Part shown: in pieces, positions 50,733 through 63,290 of the stretch
How positions within the stretch are numbered: position 1 is the stretch's first letter
How the letters are laid out: the number at the start of each line of letters is the position of its first letter
Source: the human T2T-CHM13v2.0 reference genome, Homo sapiens
DNA: 64,000 nucleotides
Strand: one strand, 5' to 3'
Assembly (NCBI RefSeq): GCF_009914755.1
Contig: NC_060926.1
Notes under the pieces: generated by a model
Databases searched by the model: none
What the model saw: only the letters and a program-made list of their open reading frames with translations
What the model was told of the DNA's origin: nothing
Program-made: the position numbers and the translations under genes

Positions 50733-51037
50733 TTATATCTTATAGTGATTTTCATCTATTTCCTTGAGAGTTAATTTAAACATCATTTAGTAAGTTTACT
50801 GGGCACTGGTATTTGCTTTTCTCTAAGTTGAAAATGTACAACTTTTGCTCATTTTCTTAATGGTTGTTTGCCTTCTTGTCAACTTGTAATATTAAAAATA
50901 TTCACACTTTGTTCATTTTTATCACTAATATTTTCAAAGCAATATCTTTGGTATTTGACTTATTTGTGGGATTTTTATATACACAAAATTTTTATTTTTA
51001 CATATTCAAATATATCCTCACTTTATTTTCTGGAAAA

Positions 51038-53430
51038 TTATTTTATTTTATTTTAATATTTTAACTTTTATTTCAGGTTCAGGGATACACGTGCAGGTTT
51101 GTTATATAGGTAAACTTGTACCTCAGGGGTTTGGCATACAGATTATTTTGTCACTCGGATAGTCATAGTACCCAAGGGTTTTGTTTTTTTCTGAACCTCT
51201 CCCTCCTCCCACCCTTCTTTCTCCAGTAAGCCTCAGTGTCTGTTGTTCACCTCTTTCTATCCATGTGTCCTCATTATTTAGCTCCCACTTATAAGTAAGA
51301 ACATGCAGTATATGGTTTTCTGTTTCTCCATTAGTTTGCTAAGGATGGTGACCTCCAGTTCCATCAATGTTCCTGCAAAAAAAAACATGAACTTGTTCTT
51401 TTTTATGGCTGCATAGTATTACATGGTATATATATACCACATTTTCTTTATCCAGTCTTCTGTCGATGGCCATTTAGGTTGATTCCATGTCTTTGTGAAT
51501 AGTGCTGCAACTTAGGCATGAGTGTGTCTTTATGGTAGAATAATTTATATTCCTTTGGGTATATACCCAGTAATGGGATTGCTGGGTTGAATGGTAGCTC
51601 TGTTTTTAGTTCTTTGAGGAATGGCCACATTGCTTTCCACAAAAGCTGAACTAATTTACACTCCCACCAACAGTGCATAAGTGTTCCCTTTTCTCTATAA
51701 CCTCACTAACATCTGTAATTTTTGGACTTTTTGATAATAGCCATTTTTTGACTGGTGTGAGATGGTATCTCATTGTGTTTGATTTGCATTTCTCCAATGA
51801 TTAGTGATATTGAGCATTTTTAAAATGCTTTTTGGCTGCATGTATGTCTTCTTTTGAAAAGTGTCTGTTCATATCCTTTGCCCACTTTGTAATGGGCAAT
51901 GCTTTTTGCTTGAATGTTCATTTAAGTTCCTGTAGATTCTGGATATTAGAACTTAATCAGATGTACAGTTTGCAAATATTATCTCCCATTCTGTAGATTG
52001 ACTGTTTACCCTGTTCATAGTTTCCTTTTCTGTGCAGAAGCACTTTAGTTTAATTAGGTCCCATCTGTCAATGCTTGCTTCTGTTGCAATTGCTTTTGAT
52101 GTTTTCATCATAAAATCTTTGTTAGTTCCAATGTCCAAAATGGTAATTCCTAGGTTATCTTCCAAGGTTTTATAGTTTTAGGTTTTGCATTTAGGTATAT
52201 TTAATCCATCTTGAGTTGATTTTTGTATATGGTATAAGAAAGAGGTCCAGTTTCAATCTTCTGAGTATAGCTAGCCAGTTATCCCAACACCATTTATTGA
52301 ATAAGGAATCCTTTCCCCATTGCTTGTTTTTGCCAGCTTTATCAAAGATCAGATGGTTGTAGGTGTGTGGCTTTATTTCTGGGCTCTCTATTCTGTTCCA
52401 TTGGTCTATGTGTCTGTTTTTGAACCATTACCATTCTGTCTGGGTTACCATCGCCTTGCAGTACAGTTTGAAGTCGGGCAATGTGATTCTTCCAGCTTTG
52501 TTCCTTTTGCTTAGGATTGCTTTAGCTATTTGGGCTTTTTTTGTTCCATATGAATTTTAAAATAGTTTTTTCTAGTTCTGTGAAGAATGTCATTGGTAGT
52601 TCGATAGGAATAGCATTGAATCTGTAAATTGCTTTGGGTAATATGGACATTTTAACTATACTGATTCTTCCTATCCATGAGGATGGGATGTTTTTCCATT
52701 TCTTTGTGTCACATCTGATTTCTTTGAGCAGTGGTTTGTAATTCTCCTTGTAAAGATCTTTCACCTCCCTGATTATCTGTATTCGCAGGTATTTTACTCA
52801 TTTTGTGACAGTTCTGAAAGAGATTGCATTTCTGATTTGGCTCTCGGCTTGGGCGCTGGCAGTGTATAGGATTGCTTTTTATTTTTGCACATTGATGTTG
52901 TATCCTGAAACTTCAATAAAGTTGCTTATCAGCTCAAGTAGCGTTTGAGCAGATACTGTGGGATTTTCTAGATACAGAATCATGTCATCTGCAAACAGAG
53001 ATAGTTTGGCTTCCTCTCATCCTATCTGGGTGCATTTTATTTCCTTCTCTTGCCTGATTGCTCTGGCCAGGACTTGTAATACCACATTGAATAGGAGTGT
53101 TGAGAGTAGACATCCCTGTCTTGTGCCAGTTTTCAGTATGATGCTGGCTGTGGGTTTGTCATAGATGGCCCTTATTATTTTGAAGTATGTTCCTTTGATG
53201 CCTAGTTTATTGAGAGTTTTTAACATGAAGGGATGTTGAATTTTATTAAAAGTCTTTTCTGCATCTATTGAGATAATCATGTGGTTTTTGTCTTTAGTTC
53301 CATTTATGTGATGAATCACATTTGTTGATTTGTGTATGTTGAACCAACCTTGCATCCCAGGGATAAAACCTACTTGATCGTGTTGGATTAGCTTTTTAAT
53401 GTGCTTCTGGATTCATTTTGTTAATATTTT
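51038..53430 (-). mobile_element. 5'-truncated L1PA13-16 (~2.4 kb of ORF2 RT/C-terminus plus 3'UTR)
   Basis: ORF2 peptides [42 protein letters not shown]; 3' end gtgcaggtttgttatataggtaaac. Confidence 0.93.
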
Positions 53431-54983
53431 ATCATATGCGTATATTCTTATATAGCTTTTGGGTTTGCGGTTTTAGTTAAGAAGATATTCCTAACTCCCA
53501 TATTGTACATGCAGTTTTCTAGATTTTGCTGCATTTAACTCTTTAATTTATCTGAAATATATTTTATGTATGATGTAGAATAAAATATGGCTTAAGATGT
53601 GTGTCTACTTTTATTTTCTTTCAGATGAATAGCTGGTTGTGCCAGCTTCGTTTCTTAAATACTAGTCTCACATCTATTACGACATATTTATGAGTTCTCT
53701 ATTTTGTGTCTTATTAATTTATTTTTCCATTCATAAACTAATTCTATATTCACTTGATTACAGTGGTTTTAGGGTATAATAATACGTGGTCTCTACTCCC
53801 TGTTCATTATCATACTTCTCATGGATATTTTCTCTCAGGCTTTCTTTCTTTCATATAAACTTTAGTATCATTGACTAAATTCCCTCTCCCCAGAAAATGG
53901 GGGATTCTATTTGGCATGGCATTCACATTTAATATTAATTTAGAGTGATAGATAAGTGCGTAACAAGAAGTCTTTCACTTGCAGAGATTCTTGTTCCACA
54001 CATCCAAGAACAATGCATATTTTTGGCTCAGGCTGATTTTATGTCTTTAAATAAGATTGTCATAGTTTTCTTTGTGTACATTTACTGCCTTTATTATTTT
54101 ATTTACTCTTAAGTACTTTATATTTTTCTTTTTCTTGTTGTTGTTATCTGTCACTGTGTATACTTTAGACTTTTCAATATTGTAAATAAATTTTTTTCCA
54201 TATCAAATTAAAGTCATTAATTTTTGTAGATAGCTCCTATATCTAGCCACTTTACCATATTCTCTTAATAATTATAGTAGTTTTACTAGAATCTCTTGGG
54301 TTTTTTAGTGTAAAATCTATTATAAGCTAAAAAATATAGTTTTACTTCTTCTTTCCAAATGTTTTCAGCAGTTATTTTATTTTGCTGTGTTCTTGCATTC
54401 ACTAAAACCTTCCTAACCATATTAAATAACGAAGGGAATAGTAGGCTTCCTCTGCAGATCCTAATTTTAATGAATTTTTTTCCATTTAGGATAACGTTTA
54501 CCACTGATTTTTAGTTGTTCATATTCCTGTCATTGTCATATTTAGTCTTTATCATATTTACGTAGTTTTATTTGATCCCTATTTTTTTGAGTTGGTATAG
54601 CGACTGGTGCTGAATTTTATCACATGCCTTAGCCTTTGTTACTGTGGCCATGCAGGCTTTCTCCTTCAGTTTGTCAATATAATAGATGTGTCTACATGTT
54701 TCATTGATGTTGAAACTTCATTTACTGGAAAACAACTCTGCCTCATCATCACACTTTATTCTTTTGATACATCGCTGGGACTTATTGACTAATATTTAGA
54801 AATTTTTGCATTTATATTCATAAATGCACAGTTTTAAAGTTTTCTTAAATAGATAAATTGCCACAGAAAAAACCTGAAAGATAATTAAAGGTCTATCATT
54901 GAGAAAGTCATCAGGAACTGATGTGCTTATAGCTGCATTTTAACTGACTTTTAAACAACAGATAATTGCATTGCTTTCTAACC

Positions 54984-55141
54984 CAGTGGCTTTCGAACTC
55001 TGGTATGAATAAGAATCGTCTGGGTAAGTTAGTGGAAAAACCCGAAGGGCTAGCGCCTGCTTTACTTCAACAAATTTGGGTCTCTGTATTTTTTATTAGC
55101 ATTCCAGGTGATTCTGACACGTAACAAAATTGGAGAACTAT
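54984..55141. mobile_element. MER5A MITE
   Basis: cagtggctttcgaact...ccaggtgattctga...ttggagaactatt. Confidence 0.65.
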
Positions 55142-55214
55142 TATCTAATGTGTTTAGAAAGTGCCCAATTCATTTTTGAAGCCAAAACAACTTTAATTGC
55201 AAAATCTGATAAAG

Positions 55215-55890
55215 CTAGGGCATTATTATCTTTTTAAAACATAAATCAGATTGTGTCATTTTCCTGCTTAAAACTTTTGAACAATTTTACTTCATTGTAC
55301 CGGAATAAAATCCAAATTCCATTCCCTGACCTATGAGGCCCTGCATAATTGAGCAATCTGTGTTCCTCTGATGTCATCTTGCTCTCTAAGCTACAGTGTC
55401 TCTGTCCTCAAACCCAAAAAGCTCCAGCTACTTTGGATCTTCGAGATTTCCCTCTCCTAGAACACCCTTCCTCCAGATGTTGACATTCTCATACCTTCCT
55501 GACATTCCAGTATCAGACTAAGGACAAGTAAGTCCCCAATCTCAGTTTTAAAGAAGGTCCTAGACTCTATCACATTACTCAGTTTTATTTTTTTAGAGCA
55601 TTATCACTACATAATGTTTTCTTTTTTATATACTTCCCCATTTGTTAATTCTTTCTCTCTCCCCAGTCTAGAATGTGACTGGAATAACAGCAAGGAACTC
55701 ATCGGTGTCATTCAGCACTAAATTCTCAACACCTGGAATCATACCTGGACCATTGAGTGAATGAGTTTATTCCCTTATTAGTTTGTAGGCTTCTAGAAGA
55801 TACAACTTAGTCTGGTCCATATCTGTAGCCCCAGAGCCTGATGTACAGTGTGTGTTCAGGGCACATTTGCTGAATGAAGAAATGAATGCT
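55215..55890 (+). mobile_element. LINE-2 3' fragments
   Basis: aaatcagattgtgtcattttcctgcttaaaac; ataaaatccaaattcc; two L2 termini ending tgaatga. Confidence 0.75.
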
Positions 55891-57472
55891 TGTTGATTTT
55901 CAGTCAGCTCCAAAGGGATTCATAATAAAAAATTGTTGATTTTAAAATATAGCTTTTAAAGCTCGTAGAGAACTCTCTAAAAAATAGAAGGTAAGACTGG
56001 CATCAGGAAGAAGGTCCCACTAGGAGGATGCAGCTACAAATTCTAATCAAAGCACCTTCTCTCAAAAGTGAGACTATTCTCAGAACCATAATTGCATTAT
56101 AAATCTTATCCTGAAATCAGCTGATACAGACTCGCTGCCTTCAGGCTGGTTCACCACTGTTACACTGACTTTATAGATGAAGCTTGTTAGTAACAAAAGA
56201 AAAGAGGAACCTTGGGATCAGAAAGGGGGGAAAATGAGGTAAAATACAGAAGTCAAACTAGAGTAATTTCAGCAAACTCTTGGGAGAGATAAAGGAATCG
56301 GAAGAAACCCATTACAGGGCCTCGGAAGAACACGCATGCGTATATCACGGTAGGAAGTATATGAGCAGGGCTGATGGTGACTGATCAAAACATTCTGATA
56401 GGTTTTCGTGTTCTTGTGTGTTCTAGTAAGGTATAATCAGGTGATGTAGCAGATGAGGAAGCCCAGAGAGGGCAAATGACCCCATCAAAGTCACAGAGCT
56501 AAGGACAGAGAGGAGGTGGCAGAGTGCAGGCCTGCCTTTCATTCCAACTTTGCCACTGACTGCCTGGGAGGCATTGTCTGGTGCCCTTCCCAATGTTACC
56601 TGTCAAATACAGGGAAGGTCAGGAGGCAGGGGAGGGGAAGAGGGAGATTCTAGGTGCTTTCAACACAGACTCTCGAATCTAATATTTGCAGTGTTTTCTC
56701 AAATAAGAGCTGAGACTTCAAGAAAGATCCAAAAGGATTCATTTTTCAAAAAATGTTAGTAATTTACTTTTCTGAAAGGCGAACTTTTTAGCATGGAAAA
56801 AAAATTCAGTCTCACAGCCTCCACAGCTCACCAGGGAGGAAACTCTTCATCATGTTGTTTCTGCTCTTAATTAATTTAAGCAGCTGTCTGTTGTCTTCAG
56901 AAAATCATCTTCTGGGAAAGTGTGGAAGGTGATGTTTTTAAGCACAATTATTTTCCCACAAAAAAAAATACACAGGAGGGCCTAGCAATGAAAAAACAGG
57001 ACACATTCCGGAACAGATAGAAGTTCAGGGTGGTGGAGCATGTGATAGTCAGAGGAGAGTGCAAGGAAGGGAAAAGGTAGAAGTGGGTTGAAGTTTGGAT
57101 TCTGTAGGTCACAGTAATGTATGGTTGAATTATTGGAGCTTTGTCAGCAGGAGAATGACTGGTACAGGTTTGAGCAGGGTAAATTCAACAATATAACATG
57201 CTCTTCATACTGATGAGTTTCCCAGGCACAAGAGTTTCTTTACCCAACATGGCCTTGATGGTAGGCTCCATTCCCAATGCCACTGCAAAGAAGGAAGGAC
57301 AGAGCAGGTGTGGGCACCTCTCTTTCTGCCAGGATGACAGGGAAGGGGAGAGTGGCAGTGCCGTGTGTGTGAGGTTTGCAGATCTTGCTCTGGTTCATGC
57401 CCTGAATTTCTCCACCTCTGAACTGCTGATGTACAATCATTAATACAGCTTTTGGCAGTTCATGCTCTACAG

Positions 57473-57664
57473 CTGGGTTTCTCAGCACTATTGACATTGG
57501 GGTCACACATTCTTTGTTGTGGGGACTATCTTGTGCATGGTAGGATGTAGAGCAGCATCCCTGGCCTCTGCCCACTAGATATCAATATCACCCCCTCTCC
57601 TCCCAGTTATGACAACCAAAAATGTCTCCAGACATTGCTGATGTCCTCTCATTGAGAACCACTG
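57473..57664 (-). mobile_element. MER20 hAT-Charlie MITE
   Basis: gcagcatccctggcctctgcccactagat...gacaaccaaaaatgtctccagacattgc...ttgagaaccactg. Confidence 0.9.
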
Positions 57665-57989
57665 CAAGAGATTGTGTGTGGCAAACTGGCCTCTCCATGT
57701 GTGATGTCAGGGTCCTAGGAATCTGACCGTGTTCTCCTTTGTCCCCGGCACTGCCTCAGAACCCTAGTTGTGAATCACAGATTGGCTGCTATGCGCCACT
57801 CCATCATTTGATTACAAATATAAAAAGAGAAAGTATAATCTCTAAGTGTTTTTACAGAATGTATAGTTCCTATAGCAATATGCCAATCATTGGCTGTCAA
57901 AAAATATAAAGCATCTCATGGTCATGAAGCAATTTATGATAATTGACATGGAGTTGGGAGCTACAAGGGTTATCAGCAACCAACAATCT

Positions 57990-58135
57990 CATGTTAACTG
58001 CCAACTCTACCACTAAATAGCTGTGTGAGCTTGGACAAGTTGTTTAGCATCTCTAAGCCTCAATAGTCTCATTTTTAAAGTAAAGGACTTAAGAACCATA
58101 ATCTCAACATGTCCACAGTCCTGATCCAAGTCCCA
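57990..58135 (+). mobile_element. MIR SINE
   Basis: ctctaccactaaatagctgtgtgagcttggacaagttgtttagcatctctaagcctc. Confidence 0.8.
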
Positions 58136-58932
58136 GTCAAACTGCACTACATTCTTTGTGGCAGTTACACAGAGCTCTTTCAAATTTTGTTTGGTTGAGG
58201 CCTCGAGACAATGAATGCCAACTAATCCCATGGTCCACAGTGAGGCAGAAGACCCCTAGCAAACTACCCACCTCTGGTCTATAGCTGAGGTTGGATAAAA
58301 GACAAGAGAGAGAAAAAGCTGGAGAACAGATGTGGAGAGGCAGTTGGTGTGCCATCTCACCTCCTCCCTCAACTCCAGCCTAGTAAGAGGGGCTTCGGAA
58401 CCACGAAGAGAGCTTTTCCCCCACATTCCCAGAGCTTGGAAAACCCAACTTATTCATGCCTGTGAAATTTGAAAGGCCTGTGGCTGACTAGCTGCTCAGG
58501 CAACACTGTTGCATGAAGACAGGCTACTGCACTGGGCGAGCAAGTGTGTGCTGAATTCCTCATGCAAATGATGTGGGGTCAGATGGGGCCCTGTGAAAGA
58601 GAACTGGCTGGAGATTATCCTGGATCTTGCCAGGGAGGGCCTCCTGAAAGCCCAAGAGACCTCAGCTGGAAGAATGTAGAAGTGTAGAAGTGTGCCTCTA
58701 GGTGGCCAGAGGTGCCAGCACAAGTCTTGAGTAACTAACCAGAGAAGGAACAGAGAGGGCAGGGCTGGCTAGCGCCACAGTGCAGATCTGAACCGGCTGC
58801 AGAGGAATGGAGTCGAGTTGTTTCCTGACCACACTCTAAAATCCCCAGGGGTTAAACTAATACTGTGTGCTCAGTCATTCCTCTTCTCCTGGACTCCACC
58901 TTGCTATGGACTAGATGTTTGTGACTGAGACA

Positions 58933-60274
58933 GAAATTGGTACCAAGAAGTGGGGTGCCGCTGTAACAGTGTCTACAAATGTGTAAGTGGCTTTGAAATG
59001 AGGTAATGTACTGAGACTGGAAGAGTTTTGAGGTGCATGCTAGAATAAGCTGAGACTGTTATGAAGAAACTTTTAAAAGGCCATTCTGATGAGGTCTCCA
59101 GTGGAAATGAGGATTGTATAACTGAACAATAGAGAACAAGAAATTCTTGTTGTAACATGGCAAATAACTTTGCCCAATTCTATTTATGTTCCAGTGTCTT
59201 GTGAAAGGTAGAACTTGTGAGTGATGAAATTAGATAGTTGGTTGAGTAGGTTTCTAAACTGGTGTTGAAGGAGTAACTGAATTCCTCCTCATAGCTTGTA
59301 GTAAAATACAAGGAGAGGGTAATAACCTGAAGACAGAGTTATTAAGCAAGAAGGAACTAGAACTTAAATATTTAGAAAATTTTTGGCCTATGTATATTGC
59401 AAAAAATGAGAAAACATGTTCAGAAGAGAGCATCAAGGATATGGTGGAGAGATCATTTAATAAGGAGATTCCCATGGGTGTGAACCACGGACTTAACCAG
59501 CTACCCCAGTAGGAAAACTGCCAGTTCCAACTGAACGGAAGGATCTGAGAAGGAATGAAGGAAGGTTATCATATGGGGCAGCACAGATGGCACAGCAGAG
59601 CTATTTGGCTGAAAACATGCTCTATTCTTCAAGACAAGGGAAGAATGACCCTAAAGGCAGTTCAGAGATCATCATGGCTATCTCTTTGATTTCATAGGGG
59701 AAGGAGGTCACCTAGCTTTCCACAGGCCAACCAACCTCTGCCCAAAGCCATGAGCTACCCAAAGTCTTAAGAACTTGACTACTATCCAGCAGAACCCTGG
59801 GGGCAGGATCCCTGCCTGGCAGAGCTCTGGGGAAAGGACCACCACCCCAGTGGGTCTGGAAAGTGGAACGGCCACTCCAATGGGCATAGCATCAGACCAA
59901 AGAAGATTATTCTGAAGATGTAAGGTTTAGTGCTGTTTGCCCTGTTAGGTTTCAGACTTACTTGGGACCCTTTACTCCTTTCTTTTTCCTATTTCTCCCT
60001 TTTGAACTGGGAATAAATATCCTATGCCTGTTCCACCACTGTATTTTGGAAGCAAATTACTTGTTTTGTTTCACACATTCACAGCCAGAGAGAAATTTTT
60101 TCTCCAGATTAATCACGCCTTGAGTTTCACCCATAACTTATTTGGATGATATTTAAATAAGACTTCAAACTTTAGAATTGATGCCAGAATAACTTAAGAC
60201 TTTTAGGGTTGTAGGGATGGAATAATTATATTTTGGACGTGAGAAGGACATAAATTTGGGGGCCTGGGGTGGAA
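58933..60274 (+). mobile_element. MaLR internal sequence (MLT1A-int) ending in a polypurine tract
   Basis: aaattggtaccaagaagtggggtg start; tttgggggcctggggtggaa just before the 3' LTR. Confidence 0.85.
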
Positions 60275-60426
60275 TGTTAAGGACTCATTGTCGTTTCCCA
60301 AAAAAATGCATATGTTGAACTCTAATTCACAATGTGATGGTATTTGGGGATAGGGCCTTTGGGAGATAATTAGTTCATAAGGGTGAATTCCTCATGAATG
60401 AGATGAACTCTCTTATAAGAACAGGA

Positions 60427-60699
60427 GGCCAGGCACAGTAGCTCACACCTATAATCTTAGCACTTTGGGAGGTGGGAAGATTGCTTGAGCCCAGGACCAG
60501 CCTGGGCAACATGGCAAAACCCCATCTTCAAAAAAAATAACAAAAATTAGCCAGGCATGGTGGCTCACTCCTGTAGTTCCAGCTACTCAGGAGGCTACAG
60601 TCTGATGACGGCTTGAACCTAGGGGGCAGAGTTTGCAGTAAACTGAGATCACACCACTCCACTCCACTCTGGACAACAGGGCAAGACCTTGTCAAAAAA
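60427..60699 (+). mobile_element. AluJ with internal deletions
   Basis: ggccaggcacagtagctcacacctataatc; gattgcttgagcccagg; cagcctgggcaacatggcaaaacccc. Confidence 0.9.
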
Positions 60700-60701
60700 G
60701 T

Positions 60702-60976
60702 GAAAAGAAGAAGAGGAAGAAAAGAGGAAGAGGAAGAAGAAGAAGAAGAAGAAGAAGAAGAAGAAGAAGGAGGAGGAGGAGGAGGAGGAGGAGGAGGAGG
60801 AGGAGGAGGAGGGGAAGGAGAGGAAGAAGAAGAAGAGGAGGAGGAGAAGGAGAAGAAGGAGAAGGAGAAGGAAAGGAAGAGGGAGAGAAAGAGGGAGGAG
60901 GAGGAGGTGGAGGAAGAAGAAGAATGAAAGAAAGAGAAACAAAGAGAAACAAAGAGAAGGAAAGGAAAGAGAGGGA

Positions 60977-61040
<64 letters not shown>

Positions 61041-61110
61041 AAAAGAAAGATGGAGAGAGGGAAGGAAGGCAGGCAGGCAGGCAGGCAAGCAAGCAAGCAA
61101 GAAAAAAGGG
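60702..61110 (+). repeat. compound polypurine microsatellite: (GAA)12, (GGA)14, (GAAA)17, (GGCA)n
   Basis: GAA 60733-60768, GGA 60769-60810, GAAA 60975-61042 counted directly. Confidence 0.97.
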
Positions 61111-61439
61111 CGAGCAGAAAGCTTCCTGCCACCATCAACACTCTGCATCCAGAAGAGGGCCCTCACCAGAATCAAAACATGCTGGCACCCTGATCTTGGA
61201 CTTCCAGCTTTCAGAACTGTGAAAAATAAATTTCTGTTGTTTTTAAGCAACACAGCCGGTGGTGCTTTGTTGTAGCAGCCTGAACTAAGACAAGCCTTGA
61301 CAAAAAGCAAAGAAAAATATCCAACTACAGAGGATGTCCTGTACACTCAGCAATAACTTCCAGCTTTGAAACTATGCCCTGCTCATCTCAATAATCAGAG
61401 TATGAACTCTTAAGTGCCGGTGGACTACTCCCTAGTATT

Positions 61440-62985
61440 TTTTTCTTTTTAATTCATTTTTTTAATTCATGTAAAGCATGAATGCATGTACTTGCTAATA
61501 GTTGAGATGGTATTGATCAAGCAGAATACTATAGGACCTTTTCAACCACTTCTGTAATACCAGCCCTTCCTCAGGGGAAAATGCTATCAATAATTTTTGA
61601 CTGTTCCAACCCAGCTTTCTCCCTGTATGTGTCCATAGACACATACAAACACTTCGTTGGGGGGTAGAAGAGAGGGTTGTTAGCAAAAATGATACCCTGT
61701 TCTATACTTTACTTTTTCACTTACTAACATTACACCAAGATATTTCCATATCAGTATGTATAGACTTCATTCATTCTCTTTTTTAAAATCGATGTACAGT
61801 ATTTCATAGTATGTTGCACCACAGATTGCAATCCTCTGCTGATGAGTATTTAAGGGAGTGTGGGGTTTTTTTTTTTTTTTCCAGTTTTCACTCTTACAAA
61901 CAATGCTGCAGTGAAAACCTTTGTAAATGTTTCATAATTTACACATATAAATGTTTCACTAGGGTAAATACTGAGAAGTGGGATTGCTGGGTTAAAAGTG
62001 TGTGCATATAAATCAAAACCACAATGAGATACCATCTCAAGCCAGTCAGAATGGCGATTGTTAAAAAGTGAAGAAACAACAGATCCTGGAGAGGCTGCAG
62101 AGAGACAGAAATGCTTTTACACTTTTCTTCTTAGTGTTGGTGGGAACGTAAGTCAGTTCAACCATTGTGGAAGACAGTGTGGCAATTCATCAGAGGCTTA
62201 GAACCAGAAATGCCATTTGACCCAGCAATCTATTACTGGGCATATACCCAAAGGAATATAAGTCATTCTGTTATAAAGATACATGCACGTGTATGTTCAT
62301 TGCAGCACTATGCACAATAGCCAAGACATGGACTCAACCCAAATGCCCATCAATGAGAGACCGGATAAAGAAAATGTGGTACATATATATCATGGAATAC
62401 TATGCAGCCATAAAAAGGAACAAGATCATGTCCTTTGCAGGGCCATGGATGGAGCTGGAAGCCATCATCCTCTGCAAACTAACACAGGAACAGAAAATCA
62501 AACATCACATGTTCTCACTCATCAGTGGGAGCTGAACAGTGAGAACACATGGACACAAGGAGGAGAACAACACACACTGAGGCCTGTCCGGGGTGGGAGA
62601 ACGAGGCCTGTCGGGGGTGGGAGAACATCAAGAAAAATATCTAATGCATGCCAGGCTCAATGCATAGGTGATGGGTTAATAGGTGCAGCAAACCACCATG
62701 GCACACATTTACCTATGTAACAAACCTGCACCTAGTGCACATGTACCCCAGAACTTAAAGTATGCGCATATTTTAAATGTAAGTGAAAAGTATGAAATTG
62801 CCCTTTAAAAATCCAATTTATTCTCACGCGAACAGAAAGAAGAATTGCCCTTTTTGTATCCCTTCTAATACTTGATAGTGTCAATAATTTAGATTTTTCT
62901 AATATGTTGTATTTTTTAAATGGTATCTTGTCTTAATTTGCATTTTCCTCATTACCAGTGACCTTGAAGCTTATTCATGCTTGCA
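61440..62985 (-). mobile_element. ancient L1ME relic interrupted by the L1PA7/8 insertion
   Basis: aaacaatgctgcagtgaa..gggattgctgggtt|...ttaatttgcattttcc. Confidence 0.6.
62010..62760 (+). mobile_element. L1PA7/PA8-type 3' end (~750 bp) with no poly(A) tail, 15-bp degenerate TSD
   Basis: MFIAALCTIAKTW..QPKCP ORF2 C-terminus; ends gtaccccagaacttaaag; TSD aaagtgtgtgcatat (61995-62009) vs aaagtatgcgcatat (62757-62771). Confidence 0.9.
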
Positions 62986-63019
62986 TCCCTAGTGCCTAGC
63001 AGAGTCATTGGTATAAAAC

Positions 63020-63290
63020 AAATACTAGTAAGTATTTTTATAAGGTCTACCAAATACAATTGCAAGGTGCTGTGCTAGAAGGTGTACTACACATTTTATA
63101 TGCATGACCTCATTAATTCCTTGAACTGGTCTCTTAAGTATTTCTTTTTCCTTCCCATTTTACAGTAGAAAGACAGAATCCCTGCAAGGTTAGGTAAAGT
63201 CTTCAAGATCACATCGGTAATATGACAATGTAAAATTCCAGCCCAGGCCTGACTCCAGAAACTGAGTCACTTTCCACCTTAACACTCCCG
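63020..63290 (-). mobile_element. MIR SINE
   Basis: cccattttacagtagaaagacaga..aggttaggtaa..caagatcacat..cctgactccaga. Confidence 0.7.

Larger units (their letters stand above)
49610..55210 (-). mobile_element. ancient L1ME/L1MC relic hosting the AluYb11, L1PA and MER5A insertions
   Basis: T-rich old L1 antisense motifs (ttgccaatcaatgggt; atatctagccactttacc; tttgcatttatattcataa); weak ORF2 similarity in ORF 54286-54504. Confidence 0.6.
60275..61292 (+). mobile_element. MLT1A 3' LTR split by an AluJ and its expanded tail
   Basis: atgtgatggtatttggggatagggcctttgggagataattag; resumes at ~61105 with gagggccctcaccagaa..gacttccagc; ends gaactaagaca. Confidence 0.88.

Noticed and set aside
60528-61346. 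272-aa and overlapping poly-Ser/Pro/Glu/Gly/Leu ORFs
   Set aside because: Stop-free readings of a purine microsatellite plus Alu and LTR sequence
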